NCBI GenBank assembly: GCA_009920815.1 | Contig: RFZH01000001.1 | Location: 1 to 55,789, forward strand | Source of the DNA: Paracoccaceae bacterium | GTDB lineage: Bacteria > Pseudomonadota > Alphaproteobacteria > Rhodobacterales > Rhodobacteraceae | Direction: 5' to 3' | Length of the DNA: 55,789 bases | Shown here: in pieces, positions 45,178 through 54,047 of the stretch | How the letters are laid out: every line of letters begins with the position of its first letter | Numbering within the stretch: position 1 is the stretch's first letter | Notes under the pieces: generated by a model | Told to the model about the DNA's origin: nothing | What the model saw: the letters and a program-made list of their open reading frames with translations, nothing else | Databases searched by the model: none | Program-made: the position numbers and the translations under genes

Positions 45178-46143
45178 ATGATGACGCAGAAATCTGTCAT
45201 AGTGGCTGGTGCAACAGGCTATATCGGTCGTGCGGTCGTTGCCGCCGCGTTGGCAAGGGGATATCTGGTTTATGCGATGGTCCGATGTGAAAAATCGGCA
45301 GCATTTCCAGAGCATCCCAACCTATCTGTCCTGCAGTCCAAGTTTTCTCCGATCACAGGCTGGAACATTCAATTACCCAACGCAGATGCAATCATTTCCT
45401 GTTTGGCCAGTCGGACGGGGACACCTAAAGATGCACATTTGGTCGATTATCAAATGAATGCGGGTCTATTAAAGCTAATGCGTCCCCTCATTGGCACACG
45501 CTTTATCTTGTTATCTGCCATTTGCGTACAAAAACCACGGTTGGCGTTTCAATTCGAAAAGCTAAGGTTTGAAAATACGCTGCACACCAGCGGACAACCC
45601 TATTCAATCGTGCGCCCGACAGCCTATTTCAAATCGTTGTGTGGCCAAATTGCGCGTATTCGAAAGGGAAAATCATTTCTATGTTTCGGCGATGGTACGC
45701 AAACGGCATGCACCCCGATTTCAGAGCGTGATTTGGCGAGCTATCTCATCGACTGTGTAACGCTGCCAGAACGCCACAACAAAATTTTACCAATCGGGGG
45801 GCCACATCCTGCGATTACCCCCGTTGACCAAGCGAACTTGATTTTTGACGCTTTTGGAAAAACTCCTAAAATTAAATACGTGTCACCAAAGATTTTTGAC
45901 ATTTTTCAGGCCGTTCTTGCACCACTGACGCCATTTTCCGAATGGGCCCGCAATAAACGGGAATTGATGAAGATCGGACAATATTACGCGACAGAATCCA
46001 TGTTGGTTTGGAATTCAGACCAAGAGATCTATGATATCACCGCTACGCCGCAAACGGGATCAGATCACCTTGGGGATCATTTTACAAACATCGCGCGGGG
46101 GCTTACAGTCCACGTCGCCGATGCCAATACGCAGATTTATTGA
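45178..46143 (+). CDS. bciA: Divinyl (bacterio)chlorophyllide 8-vinyl reductase, BciA/DVR type
   Basis: 321 aa, an NmrA-like SDR with GATGYIGRAVV. Long collinear matches to the plant/bacterial DVR family as I recall it: ISCLASRTGTPKD, FILLSAICVQKP, YSIVRPTAYFKSL, GDGTQTACTPISERDLASYLIDCV, LPIGGP, GQYYATESML. Confidence 0.82.
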   Translation: MMTQKSVIVAGATGYIGRAVVAAALARGYLVYAMVRCEKSAAFPEHPNLSVLQSKFSPITGWNIQLPNADAIISCLASRTGTPKDAHLVDYQMNAGLLKLMRPLIGTRFILLSAICVQKPRLAFQFEKLRFENTLHTSGQPYSIVRPTAYFKSLCGQIARIRKGKSFLCFGDGTQTACTPISERDLASYLIDCVTLPERHNKILPIGGPHPAITPVDQANLIFDAFGKTPKIKYVSPKIFDIFQAVLAPLTPFSEWARNKRELMKIGQYYATESMLVWNSDQEIYDITATPQTGSDHLGDHFTNIARGLTVHVADANTQIY

Positions 46144-46201
46144 TTTTCCCTGTCATTCTGAATAGGTTTGACCTAACACCACTTTGTAAAGTGACACCTG
46201 A

Positions 46202-46870
46202 TTGCCTGATTTTGACTACACCCAGCTACCGATCATTATTAGCCTTTTGGCTATTTTGGGCGGTTTGACATTTCGTGGCATCTGGATTTGGGTGTCTTTG
46301 ACCTTTGCGGTCTTGTTTTTGTACGTTACTGACAAAGACAGCATTATCACATTGGTCATTTATGCATTGACCGCGTCTTTGATGATTTTCGGGTTTTTAA
46401 ATATTCGTCGCGGGCTTACCCCGACCAAAGAGGATGTCGGCGATCACCCGTTCACCTTTGTCGTTGATTCAAACAACCTTTTGGGTCTAGTTGATTGGGA
46501 TTTGGACAGGTTTGCCAGCTTTATCAATGAACTAGAACAAGACGGTCTGCATACGCATTTGTTTTTCGATTATACAATTGCCCGAACTTTGCGGGAAAAT
46601 AATTTGATGCTGCCCAATGAAACGGTGCCCACAGCGATTTGCCGCGTTTTAGGTCGGGATCGATACAATTTAACCGTTTCGAAAAAGGGATATACGGCAG
46701 ATCCGTTGATCATTCGTTATGCAGACCGCAACAATCTGACGGTGTTAAGCAACGATAAGTTTGACAAGCTCAAAGAGGATAAGTTTATCCTTAAAGCCGC
46801 CGAACGATTAAAGGCAAAGGGCCTGATCCAAAAGGTCCGCTTGGTCGATGACCATTTAACGATCATGTAA
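46202..46870 (+). CDS. Membrane-anchored NYN / Zc3h12a-like ribonuclease-domain protein
   Basis: The N-terminal 70 aa or so are hydrophobic (2-3 TM segments). The C-terminal domain has the motifs FVVDSNNLLG and ADPLIIRYADRNNLTVLSNDKFDKL, which resemble the D-x-N and SND-x-(F/Y)-x-D motifs of Zc3h12a-type NYN nucleases. The start is uncertain: TTG 46202 follows a stop directly, and many in-frame TTG codons follow. Confidence 0.6.
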   Translation: MPDFDYTQLPIIISLLAILGGLTFRGIWIWVSLTFAVLFLYVTDKDSIITLVIYALTASLMIFGFLNIRRGLTPTKEDVGDHPFTFVVDSNNLLGLVDWDLDRFASFINELEQDGLHTHLFFDYTIARTLRENNLMLPNETVPTAICRVLGRDRYNLTVSKKGYTADPLIIRYADRNNLTVLSNDKFDKLKEDKFILKAAERLKAKGLIQKVRLVDDHLTIM

Positions 46871-46871
46871 A

Positions 46872-47318
46872 CTATTTTACTTCGGTCATCACCACCTTTT
46901 GGACCAAGCGCAAAAGGGTATCTTTCTCGTCATGGTTAAGCCCACCCAGAACATCGTCCTGCAATTTGCGGATAATGGGCAATACGTTTTGGAACAATTG
47001 CTGACCTTGCTGCGTTACGCGGACTTCGCGTGCGCGACGGTCATGTTTTGCAACACTGCGTTCAACCAAGCCCTTTTGTTCCAAACGATCAATGACACCG
47101 CCAATTGTTGCGCGGTCATAGGCAATCGCAGCCGCAACGCCTGCCTGATCTATTCCAGGGGTCGCAATAATCGCATCCAGCGCAGCGAATTGAACAGAGG
47201 TCAGGTCAAACCCTGCCTCTTGTAAATGTTTGGTGAACACATGTGTCGACCGCTGTTGCAAACGTCGTATCAAATGGCCTGCCATCGATTTTGCGTGCAT
47301 ATGATACCTCTTGTCCAA
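46872..47318 (-). CDS. MarR-family transcriptional regulator
   Basis: 148 aa with a winged-HTH pattern (TSVQFAALDAI...IAYDRATIGGVIDRLEQKGLVER...DRRA). It is divergent from the monooxygenase gene. Confidence 0.85.
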   Translation of the reverse strand: MDKRYHMHAKSMAGHLIRRLQQRSTHVFTKHLQEAGFDLTSVQFAALDAIIATPGIDQAGVAAAIAYDRATIGGVIDRLEQKGLVERSVAKHDRRAREVRVTQQGQQLFQNVLPIIRKLQDDVLGGLNHDEKDTLLRLVQKVVMTEVK

Positions 47319-47433
47319 ACGTTACCAAGACCAACATAAATTTGTGCAATTTGTTTGTATACTTATTTTTATTGACTCAAAATAGTAAGTACAGTTATTA
47401 ATTTTGAAACACGGCGTTTAAGAGGAGCTGAAT

Positions 47434-49329
47434 ATGCAATTTTATATGGACGGCTTTCGCGGCGGTGACCCAGATATTAAAAACGCAGCACCTAATCGAC
47501 GTGATCGTGGGGCCTTTGCCCCCCTGCCAGAAAAAGTGGATGTTTTGATTTCAGGCTGCGGTCCTGCAGGTCTCTGTCTGGCTGCGCAGCTTGCTCAATT
47601 TCCCGAAATTGACACCATGATTGTTGAGCGCAAACCAGGTCCATTGGAAAAAGGTCAAGCCGACGGCATCAACACCCGCACGATGGAAATGTTCCAAGCC
47701 TTTGGTTTTGGCGAAAAGGTTAAACGCGAAAGTTACTGGGTCAATCAAACCGCATTTTGGTCGCCCGATCCCGCAAATCCTGCGCATATTCGCCGCATTG
47801 GCCGGGTTCAGGACGTGCCAGATGATTCATCCGAAATGCCACATACATTGATCAACCAAGCCCGCGTGCATGAATTATTCCTAGACGTAATGAAAAATTC
47901 ACCGTCAAAATTAGAACCTGACTATTCCTGGTCCGTCAAAGACGTAATTATTGACCATGATGCCACCGAATACCCCGTCACGGTGGTTTTAGAAAACACA
48001 GGCATAAACGCGGGTGAATTAAAAACCGTGCGGGCAAATTATGTTGTGGGCTGCGATGGTGCACGATCGAATGTACGCACAGCGATTGGTGGCAAATTGC
48101 ATGGCGATGCGGCGCATCAGGCATGGGGCGTCATGGACATTTTGGCCAACACAGATTTCCCAGACATCCGCCAGAAATGTTTGGTGACTTCCTCGAAAGA
48201 GGGCAATATTCTAATCCTTCCACGTGAAGGGGGATATTTGTTCCGGATGTATGTGGAACTGGACAAGTTGAACGCCGATGAACGGGTATCAAGCAAGAAC
48301 TTTACCGCTGATCATATGATTGCTGCAGCCAATCGGATCATGGCGCCCTATACGATCGATGTGAAACAGGTTGTGTGGTGGTCCATCTATGAAATTGGCC
48401 ATCGCCTGACTGACCGCTTTGACGATGTCCCACAAGGCGTTGATCGCAATCCCCGCGTCTTTACTGCGGGCGACGCGTGTCACACCCATAGCCCCAAAGC
48501 GGGCCAAGGCATGAATGTGTCAATGCAAGACACTTTTAACCTTGGCTGGAAATTGGCACATGTGTTGACGGGCCGTGCCGACGCCCGCCTGTTGCGTAGC
48601 TATTCGTCCGAACGCTGGGTCGAGGCCAATCGTTTGATCGACACCGATCATCAATGGGCACGCATCATGTCGGCCCCCCCAGGTCAATCAGAATTGGACG
48701 GCGCTGGCATGCCGCGATTCCAAAAACAATTCATTGAAAATTTGGAATTCACCGGAGGCCTGGCGGTAAAATATGATCAATCGTATTTGTTTGCGGCACC
48801 CATCCACCAAGCTTTGGCAACGGGTCAAGAAATTGGACGCAGGTTCCATTCAGCGCCCGTTGTGCGCTTGGCGGATGCAATGCAAATGCAATTGGGTCAT
48901 TTGGCCGAAGCGGACGGGCGTTGGCGCATCTATGCTTTTGCAGGTGCGGATGCGGGCGCAATCCATCGCCTTGCCGATTGGCTGGAATGCGATCCCACAT
49001 CACCCGTGGTGAAATACACACGCGCAGGCGAAGATATCGACGCAATTATCGACGTGCGAGCGATTTTCCAACAAACGTTTGACGTTCTGGATTACGCATC
49101 GATGCCAAGCCTCTTGAAACCGAAAAAGGGTAAATTTGGTTTACAGGATTATGAAAAAGTATTCTGCGTGGATCACAAAGGTTTTGGTGATTTTTACGAC
49201 ATGCGGGGCATTGATCGCACCCATGGTTGTATGATTATCGTGCGCCCTGATCAATATGTCGCCAATGTGTTACCATTGGATGGCTTTGCCGATTTAAGCA
49301 CATTTTTCGACGGCATTTTATCTGCTTAA
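47434..49329 (+). CDS. FAD-dependent aromatic-ring monooxygenase, phenol 2-monooxygenase / 3-hydroxybenzoate 4-monooxygenase-like (long form with C-terminal dimerisation domain)
   Basis: 631 aa with motifs GCGPAGLCLAAQL, GCDGARSNVR and GDACHTHSPKAGQGMN, plus a C-terminal extension of about 200 aa typical of the phenol-hydroxylase subgroup. Confidence 0.8.
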   Translation: MQFYMDGFRGGDPDIKNAAPNRRDRGAFAPLPEKVDVLISGCGPAGLCLAAQLAQFPEIDTMIVERKPGPLEKGQADGINTRTMEMFQAFGFGEKVKRESYWVNQTAFWSPDPANPAHIRRIGRVQDVPDDSSEMPHTLINQARVHELFLDVMKNSPSKLEPDYSWSVKDVIIDHDATEYPVTVVLENTGINAGELKTVRANYVVGCDGARSNVRTAIGGKLHGDAAHQAWGVMDILANTDFPDIRQKCLVTSSKEGNILILPREGGYLFRMYVELDKLNADERVSSKNFTADHMIAAANRIMAPYTIDVKQVVWWSIYEIGHRLTDRFDDVPQGVDRNPRVFTAGDACHTHSPKAGQGMNVSMQDTFNLGWKLAHVLTGRADARLLRSYSSERWVEANRLIDTDHQWARIMSAPPGQSELDGAGMPRFQKQFIENLEFTGGLAVKYDQSYLFAAPIHQALATGQEIGRRFHSAPVVRLADAMQMQLGHLAEADGRWRIYAFAGADAGAIHRLADWLECDPTSPVVKYTRAGEDIDAIIDVRAIFQQTFDVLDYASMPSLLKPKKGKFGLQDYEKVFCVDHKGFGDFYDMRGIDRTHGCMIIVRPDQYVANVLPLDGFADLSTFFDGILSA

Positions 49330-49486
49330 CAGGTTGGTTGATGTCAAAAATCCCTTGTTTATATTGCCAAATTCAGTTGCAGGCGGCATAGTTGACGAAA
49401 ACCAAAGGGATCATAATGTCACAGCCTCCTCAAAAACGTCGGATCGTATCTTCACGCCATTTGGCCGATGGGGAAAATTGGGAACT

Positions 49487-50212
49487 ATGGATTCCAAAGC
49501 GATAACCAACACGCCAGAGATCGTTGCCCTAGGCTTAGACAGCCTAATAATACGTTTTTCGTGGGTTCCATCGGATCAAACCACCCGCATTGTACAGGAT
49601 TTTCAACGTCTTTTGGCGGCTGCTAAAGTTTTTGGATTGCGCGAATCTGCAACCGCTTTGGCATCGGTCATTGTGACCTTTGACCGATTTCAAATCACAC
49701 GCGCCGAAATGATCGCCACACTGCAAGACCTGCTTGCGATCCAAAAAGCCGAACCAATCAATCCAATTGCCCTAAATCGCATTTGGCACATTCCCGTCGC
49801 TTTTGGTGGTGACTATGGTCCCCAGCTGGGCCAAGCCGCAAACATGGCGGGATTTACTGAAAAAAGTGCAATCGAAAATATTTCTGGTGCCGATTTATCG
49901 GTGTTGTCGATCGGATTCGCCCCGGGCCAGCCCTATATAGGGTTATTGGATAACGCCTGGAACATTCCACGACAGACGGAATTGACGCCACAGGTACCCG
50001 CGGGTGCATTGGTTGTCGCAGTACGCCAATTGGTATTGTTCGCAAACCCCAGCGTAACGGGTTGGCGACAGATTGGATATACTGCCTTTCGACCGTTTGA
50101 CGTCCATCGTGCGGAACCATTCGCACTTGCACTTGGGGATGGGATGCGCTTTCACCCTGTATCGCATGCCGAAATGGCCGCGCTGGACCAATCGAACCAG
50201 CAATCGAAATGA
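49487..50212 (+). CDS. pxpB: 5-oxoprolinase subunit B (PxpB / KipI / allophanate hydrolase subunit 1 family)
   Basis: Internal ATG 49487 gives 241 aa. The sequence is typical of the family (WHIPVAFGGDYGPQL...GFAPGQPYIG...TGWRQIG), and the gene order is pxpB-pxpC-pxpA. Confidence 0.8.
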   Translation: MDSKAITNTPEIVALGLDSLIIRFSWVPSDQTTRIVQDFQRLLAAAKVFGLRESATALASVIVTFDRFQITRAEMIATLQDLLAIQKAEPINPIALNRIWHIPVAFGGDYGPQLGQAANMAGFTEKSAIENISGADLSVLSIGFAPGQPYIGLLDNAWNIPRQTELTPQVPAGALVVAVRQLVLFANPSVTGWRQIGYTAFRPFDVHRAEPFALALGDGMRFHPVSHAEMAALDQSNQQSK

Positions 50213-51057
50213 TGGGTTTGGGCGGAACTTTTCGCACGAATGCCCCCCTGCGCTTTGCCCTGACCGGGGCAAAGATGCGCGTCACGCTTGATGACACCGT
50301 GCTTGCTTGGAACCGCACGCATACAATGCAAGCTGGCCAAATCTTGACAATCGGCGCGGTCGAAAACGGCAGTTATGGTTATCTTACACCCGCTGCACCG
50401 ATTGCGTGTGATTCATGGTTGGCCAGCCAATCCACCCACCTTTTGGCAGGAATTGGCAGGATACTGGAAACGGGCGATGCAATCGCGTTAGGCGTTGATT
50501 CTGACCCTGGACGCGTTGATCATAAAATCACGCCATCAGACCGTTTTTCAGGCGGTACAATTCGAATGGTTGCTGGCCCACAAACGGATTTATTCAGCCA
50601 TCAAACACAAACACGTTTTTATGCCACCCAATTCATCCGCAGCCCACAGGCCAACCGACAAGGCGTAAAATTGGACGCCGCAGACACCTTTGCGCCCGAG
50701 ACACCAAAGGGCTTGGCTTCGGATTTTATCCAAACAGGCGACATTCAAATGACGGGCGAAGGCGTCCCGTATGTATTGCTAAGCGAATGCCAAACCATCG
50801 GCGGTTATCCACGAATTGGCACAGTCATCCCCCTGGATTTGGCGAAAATTGCGCAAGCGCCAATCGGTTCTCGCCTGCAATTTGAAACCATCAGCCTAGA
50901 GGACGCCGATACCTTATGTCACTCGGATGCTATGTTACTGGGCGCGCAGCGGCGGTCCGTCACACCGTGCATTCGCGACCCGCGGGATATTCCCGATTTG
51001 TTGGCCTATCAATTGATTTCAGGTATGATCTCAGGAACCGAATTTGACGAGGACTAA
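50209..51057 (+). CDS. pxpC: 5-oxoprolinase subunit C (PxpC / KipA family), lacking about 50 N-terminal residues
   Basis: 282 aa. The C-terminal hallmark QTIGGYPRIGTVI is present. The ORF begins at a point equivalent to about residue 55 of E. coli PxpC (310 aa), with an ATGA overlap onto the pxpB stop. Confidence 0.75.
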   Translation: MMGLGGTFRTNAPLRFALTGAKMRVTLDDTVLAWNRTHTMQAGQILTIGAVENGSYGYLTPAAPIACDSWLASQSTHLLAGIGRILETGDAIALGVDSDPGRVDHKITPSDRFSGGTIRMVAGPQTDLFSHQTQTRFYATQFIRSPQANRQGVKLDAADTFAPETPKGLASDFIQTGDIQMTGEGVPYVLLSECQTIGGYPRIGTVIPLDLAKIAQAPIGSRLQFETISLEDADTLCHSDAMLLGAQRRSVTPCIRDPRDIPDLLAYQLISGMISGTEFDED

Positions 51058-51058
51058 T

Positions 51059-51799
51059 ATGACGAAATCCATCGATCTAAACGCCGACATGGGCGAGAGC
51101 TTTGGCCCATGGTCTATGGGTAACGATGCAGCGCTGTTAGATATTGTCAGTTCAGCGAACATCGCATGCGGATTTCACGCCGGGGACCCCGACACCATGG
51201 CCAAAACTATGGCAATGGCCGCCGACAAAGGTGTGGGGATAGGGGCTCATCCAGGGTTTCACGATTTGCAAGGTTTTGGCCGCCGTCGGATCAAATTGTC
51301 TGATCAAGAACTTGCCAATTTAGTGACCTATCAACTGGGGGCGGCACAAGCGATGGCCACAAGGGTTGGATCGCGTGTGCGCCATTTAAAGCTGCACGGC
51401 GCCCTGTCGAATATGGCATCCGAAGACGCCCATATGGCCCGCGTCTGTTACGAAGCTGCATTAAGCGTGCAACCCGACCTGATCATCATGGTTTTGTCAG
51501 GCACTGTGATGGAACAGGTGGCCCAAGATTTGGGCTGTGCCTATGCGGGTGAAATCTTTGCTGATCGTGGATATAACTCTGATGCAACCTTGATCACCCG
51601 CGGCACGCCAGGTGCAATGATTACTGATCCCGCTTTGGCCGCCGATCGGATTTTATCTATGCTCAATCGCGGTGGAATTGTGGCCCATGATGGCATGCTG
51701 ATCCCCTGTCGTATTGATACGATCTGTTTACATGGTGATGGTCCGTCAGCCGTACCAATGGCGCAAGCGCTACGACAACATTTGGAAAACGCGGGCTAA
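51059..51799 (+). CDS. pxpA: 5-oxoprolinase subunit A (PxpA / LamB/YcsF family)
   Basis: 246 aa from ATG 51059, starting MTKSIDLNADMGESFG, the canonical LamB/YcsF N-terminus. Confidence 0.88.
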   Translation: MTKSIDLNADMGESFGPWSMGNDAALLDIVSSANIACGFHAGDPDTMAKTMAMAADKGVGIGAHPGFHDLQGFGRRRIKLSDQELANLVTYQLGAAQAMATRVGSRVRHLKLHGALSNMASEDAHMARVCYEAALSVQPDLIIMVLSGTVMEQVAQDLGCAYAGEIFADRGYNSDATLITRGTPGAMITDPALAADRILSMLNRGGIVAHDGMLIPCRIDTICLHGDGPSAVPMAQALRQHLENAG

Positions 51800-52329
51800 T
51801 CAACCGACAGTTTCCCCGCACCCTTGACGACCAGCACAAACAATAGAAAAATCCACAACAGCCTTTGATCCATAATCACGGCATCTGATGTGCGATCAAA
51901 CCATGTGCCAACAACATCGGAGCTGGAGATAAGACCATGGCCAAATAAATCTGTCAGGCTTTGTACAATGATAAAACCGATCATGCCCAACGCGCTAAGA
52001 CGGGTCAAAAACCCAATGATGATCATTAATGGCAAGATAAATTCTGCCCATGTTCCTGCAAGAACCACGAACCAATGCCAAAGGCCAAGTTGTGAAGTAT
52101 CATAACCCACCTGTTCCATCGCTTTTGGGAATATTTGCACATATGCGCCCGAACTTGGCGTCAAAAAACCCCAAACCCCGCCGCCCAGTTTAGTAAGCGC
52201 TGATTTCTAGAAATATACCGCCAAGACAGCAAAAAATACCATTCGCGCCAAGATGGGCAGTATGCCATCCAGCCTTGCTGCTGCTGTGCTTAATTGATTA
52301 AAACGCGCCACAACTTTTTCCAAGTTCAT
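51796..52329 (-). pseudogene. DoxX-family membrane protein interrupted by an in-frame TAG
   Basis: Hand translation from ATG 52329 gives MNLEKVVARFNQLSTAAARLDGILPILARMVFFAVLAVYF*KSALTKLGGGVWGFLTPSSGAYVQIFPK..., which continues into the track ORF 51796-52164 in the same frame. The amber codon is at 52207-52209. The total is 177 sense codons plus that stop. Confidence 0.7.
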
Positions 52330-52544
52330 TCCCTGACCTCACTAATCGCATTATGTTTCAAAAGCGTCTGCAGCGCCGACGTCAGGTCAAACTTTGCATC
52401 AGCTGATTGTGCTGCCGTTGCCGCATGGCCCAGAGGACGTCCTGCCACCAGTGCTTGGTAAAACGCCAACACAGACCCTGAAATCAAATACGGAAACGGA
52501 TCAAACTGTGGACGTACAATCATCACCGATTGCGCCTGAAACAC
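52326..52544 (-). pseudogene. Short ORF translationally coupled to doxX; tentatively the C-terminal remnant of a DUF2063-like protein
   Basis: The frame is open only from 52562, so at most 78 codons. Its TGA overlaps the doxX ATG (ATGA). DoxX genes commonly follow DUF692-DUF2063 genes, and the tail ...FDLTSALQTLLKHNAISE fits my recollection of that family only loosely. Confidence 0.3.
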
Positions 52545-52578
52545 TAATAGATAAAACGAAAATTAGTGGCACAGAAAA

Positions 52579-52863
52579 TTGGGGCTAGACACAGTGTTCA
52601 ATAATCTAGGCCATCCGATATATTCAACCTGGTTAAATTGGGGCCGCCATACGATTGGCACGTGGCCGCCCATCGTAATGTTGTCAAGCTTTGGCGCATC
52701 TGGCGTTCTGATAGGTCAGGCGTTAGGCGGTGTAATTTTTGCCGCCATCGCATTTATGTTGGTTCGACGCGTAAATGCCCAGTTGGACACAACCGCACCT
52801 GATGCACAGGGTTTTGGAATCCACCAACGCATTCATATGCTTTTTGCCCGAGGACGATGGTAA
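52579..52863 (+). pseudogene. Possible C-terminal fragment of a polytopic membrane transporter (MATE-like?), no plausible full-length frame
   Basis: 94 codons from a TTG, with the frame closed 12 nt upstream. The hydrophobic tail PIVMLSSFGASGVLIGQALGGVIFAAIAFMLVRR resembles the last TM helices of an efflux protein. The assignment is weak. Confidence 0.2.
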
Positions 52864-52975
52864 CGCCGAAAGATGCGGGATTTCTCGAACTTAGCGCAGC
52901 GCTACTGTCGCCTCTGTCAAATCTGGTCTATACGGTATTAAGCTTTTATCATCAGAGCATAAGTTAGAGAATACG

Positions 52976-53710
52976 ATGTCGAAAATACCAACAGCCCGCA
53001 TCGATAAATTGTTGTCTTCACTGGGCTATGGATCGCGCAGTGATGTGCCTCTGATGGCCAAGATGGGCCGTATATTTTTAGATGGAAAACCTGTCAGGGA
53101 TGTCAGCCAACGCTTGCAACTGACCGATGATCTTAGCAGCCGCCTATCTATTGACCGCCAGCCTCTAGATCCTTTGATGGGCATGGTTATCTTGATGCAT
53201 AAACCCGTCGGTGTGACCTGTTCGCACAAAGAATCGGGCGCACTGGTTTATGACTTGTTGCCTGACCGCTGGGGCCGGCGCACACCAGCCTTGTCCAGCA
53301 TTGGTCGATTGGACAAAGATACAAGTGGCCTCTTGTTAATCACAGACGATGGCCCACTTTTGCATCGCATTATCAGCCCCAAACGCCACATCAAAAAAAC
53401 CTATTTGGCCACGCTGGACCGTCCGTTGAACGGCACCGAGATTGATATTTTTGCATCGGGTACCATGATGCTAAACGGGGAAACAAAACCACTTGCCCCA
53501 GCAGAATTGAAAATTGTTTCGTCGCACCAAGCTTTACTGACCATAACCGAAGGCCGATATCATCAAGTGCGCCGGATGTTTGCGGCAACGGGAAATCATG
53601 TGACACAGTTGCATCGCACGACACTCGGCGGCCTTGCCCTGCCAGATACTTTGGCGCCCGGGGAATGGACAGTGCTATCCCCCGGCGACATTAATCTTAT
53701 TTTTGCGTAA
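52976..53710 (+). CDS. RsuA/RluB-family rRNA pseudouridine synthase
   Basis: 244 aa with an N-terminal S4-like segment (RIDKLLSSLGYGSRSD) and the catalytic Asp motif GRLDKDTSGLLLITDDG. Confidence 0.88.
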   Translation: MSKIPTARIDKLLSSLGYGSRSDVPLMAKMGRIFLDGKPVRDVSQRLQLTDDLSSRLSIDRQPLDPLMGMVILMHKPVGVTCSHKESGALVYDLLPDRWGRRTPALSSIGRLDKDTSGLLLITDDGPLLHRIISPKRHIKKTYLATLDRPLNGTEIDIFASGTMMLNGETKPLAPAELKIVSSHQALLTITEGRYHQVRRMFAATGNHVTQLHRTTLGGLALPDTLAPGEWTVLSPGDINLIFA

Positions 53711-53885
53711 CAATGGGATCAGAATTTACCCACAAGGTTTAGATAGACGCCCTTGCCCCCGTTGCCACCAAAACAAATAACGCAAATGTGAAAAATCTGA
53801 TCGACCTGATAGCTTTGATGACCAAAGACTCGCAAACACCTGAAAGGGTCCGCGCCGCGTGACACGAAGTAGTATTCATTCTCAA

Positions 53886-53899
53886 TCCCCAATTGGGGA
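53886..53899. repeat. Perfect 14-bp palindrome TCCCCAATTGGGGA
   Basis: Read directly from the sequence. It is self-complementary over all 14 nt and lies in the AT-rich non-coding stretch 53711-54387. Confidence 0.9.
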
Positions 53900-54047
53900 A
53901 CACAACAATTATGTGTTCAGCTCGCTCCACACACCACTGAACACATATATTGGACCACCCGCCAATATGCATCCATATGTATATTTACCCACTCCAAAGG
54001 GTATTGCCAATAAATTTATCAATTCTTTTTTAACCCGATAGGATATA

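Noticed and set aside
47360-47391. Inverted repeat tacttatttt ... aaaatagtaagta in the marR / monooxygenase divergent spacer as a MarR operator
   Set aside because: The arms align only with a 3-nt indel, and the background is AT-rich. It is plausible but not supportable from sequence alone.
52206-52211. TCTAGA (XbaI site) spanning the doxX amber codon as a sign of engineering
   Set aside because: A single 6-bp palindrome is expected by chance in 56 kb. There is no vector-like or cassette sequence nearby.
53739-53972. 77-aa minus-strand ORF (or 46-aa version from MNTTSCH...) in the AT-rich spacer
   Set aside because: No family was recognised, and the composition is atypical. Only the short version has an SD-like GGGGA. 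It is mentioned under the palindrome finding but not called as a gene.
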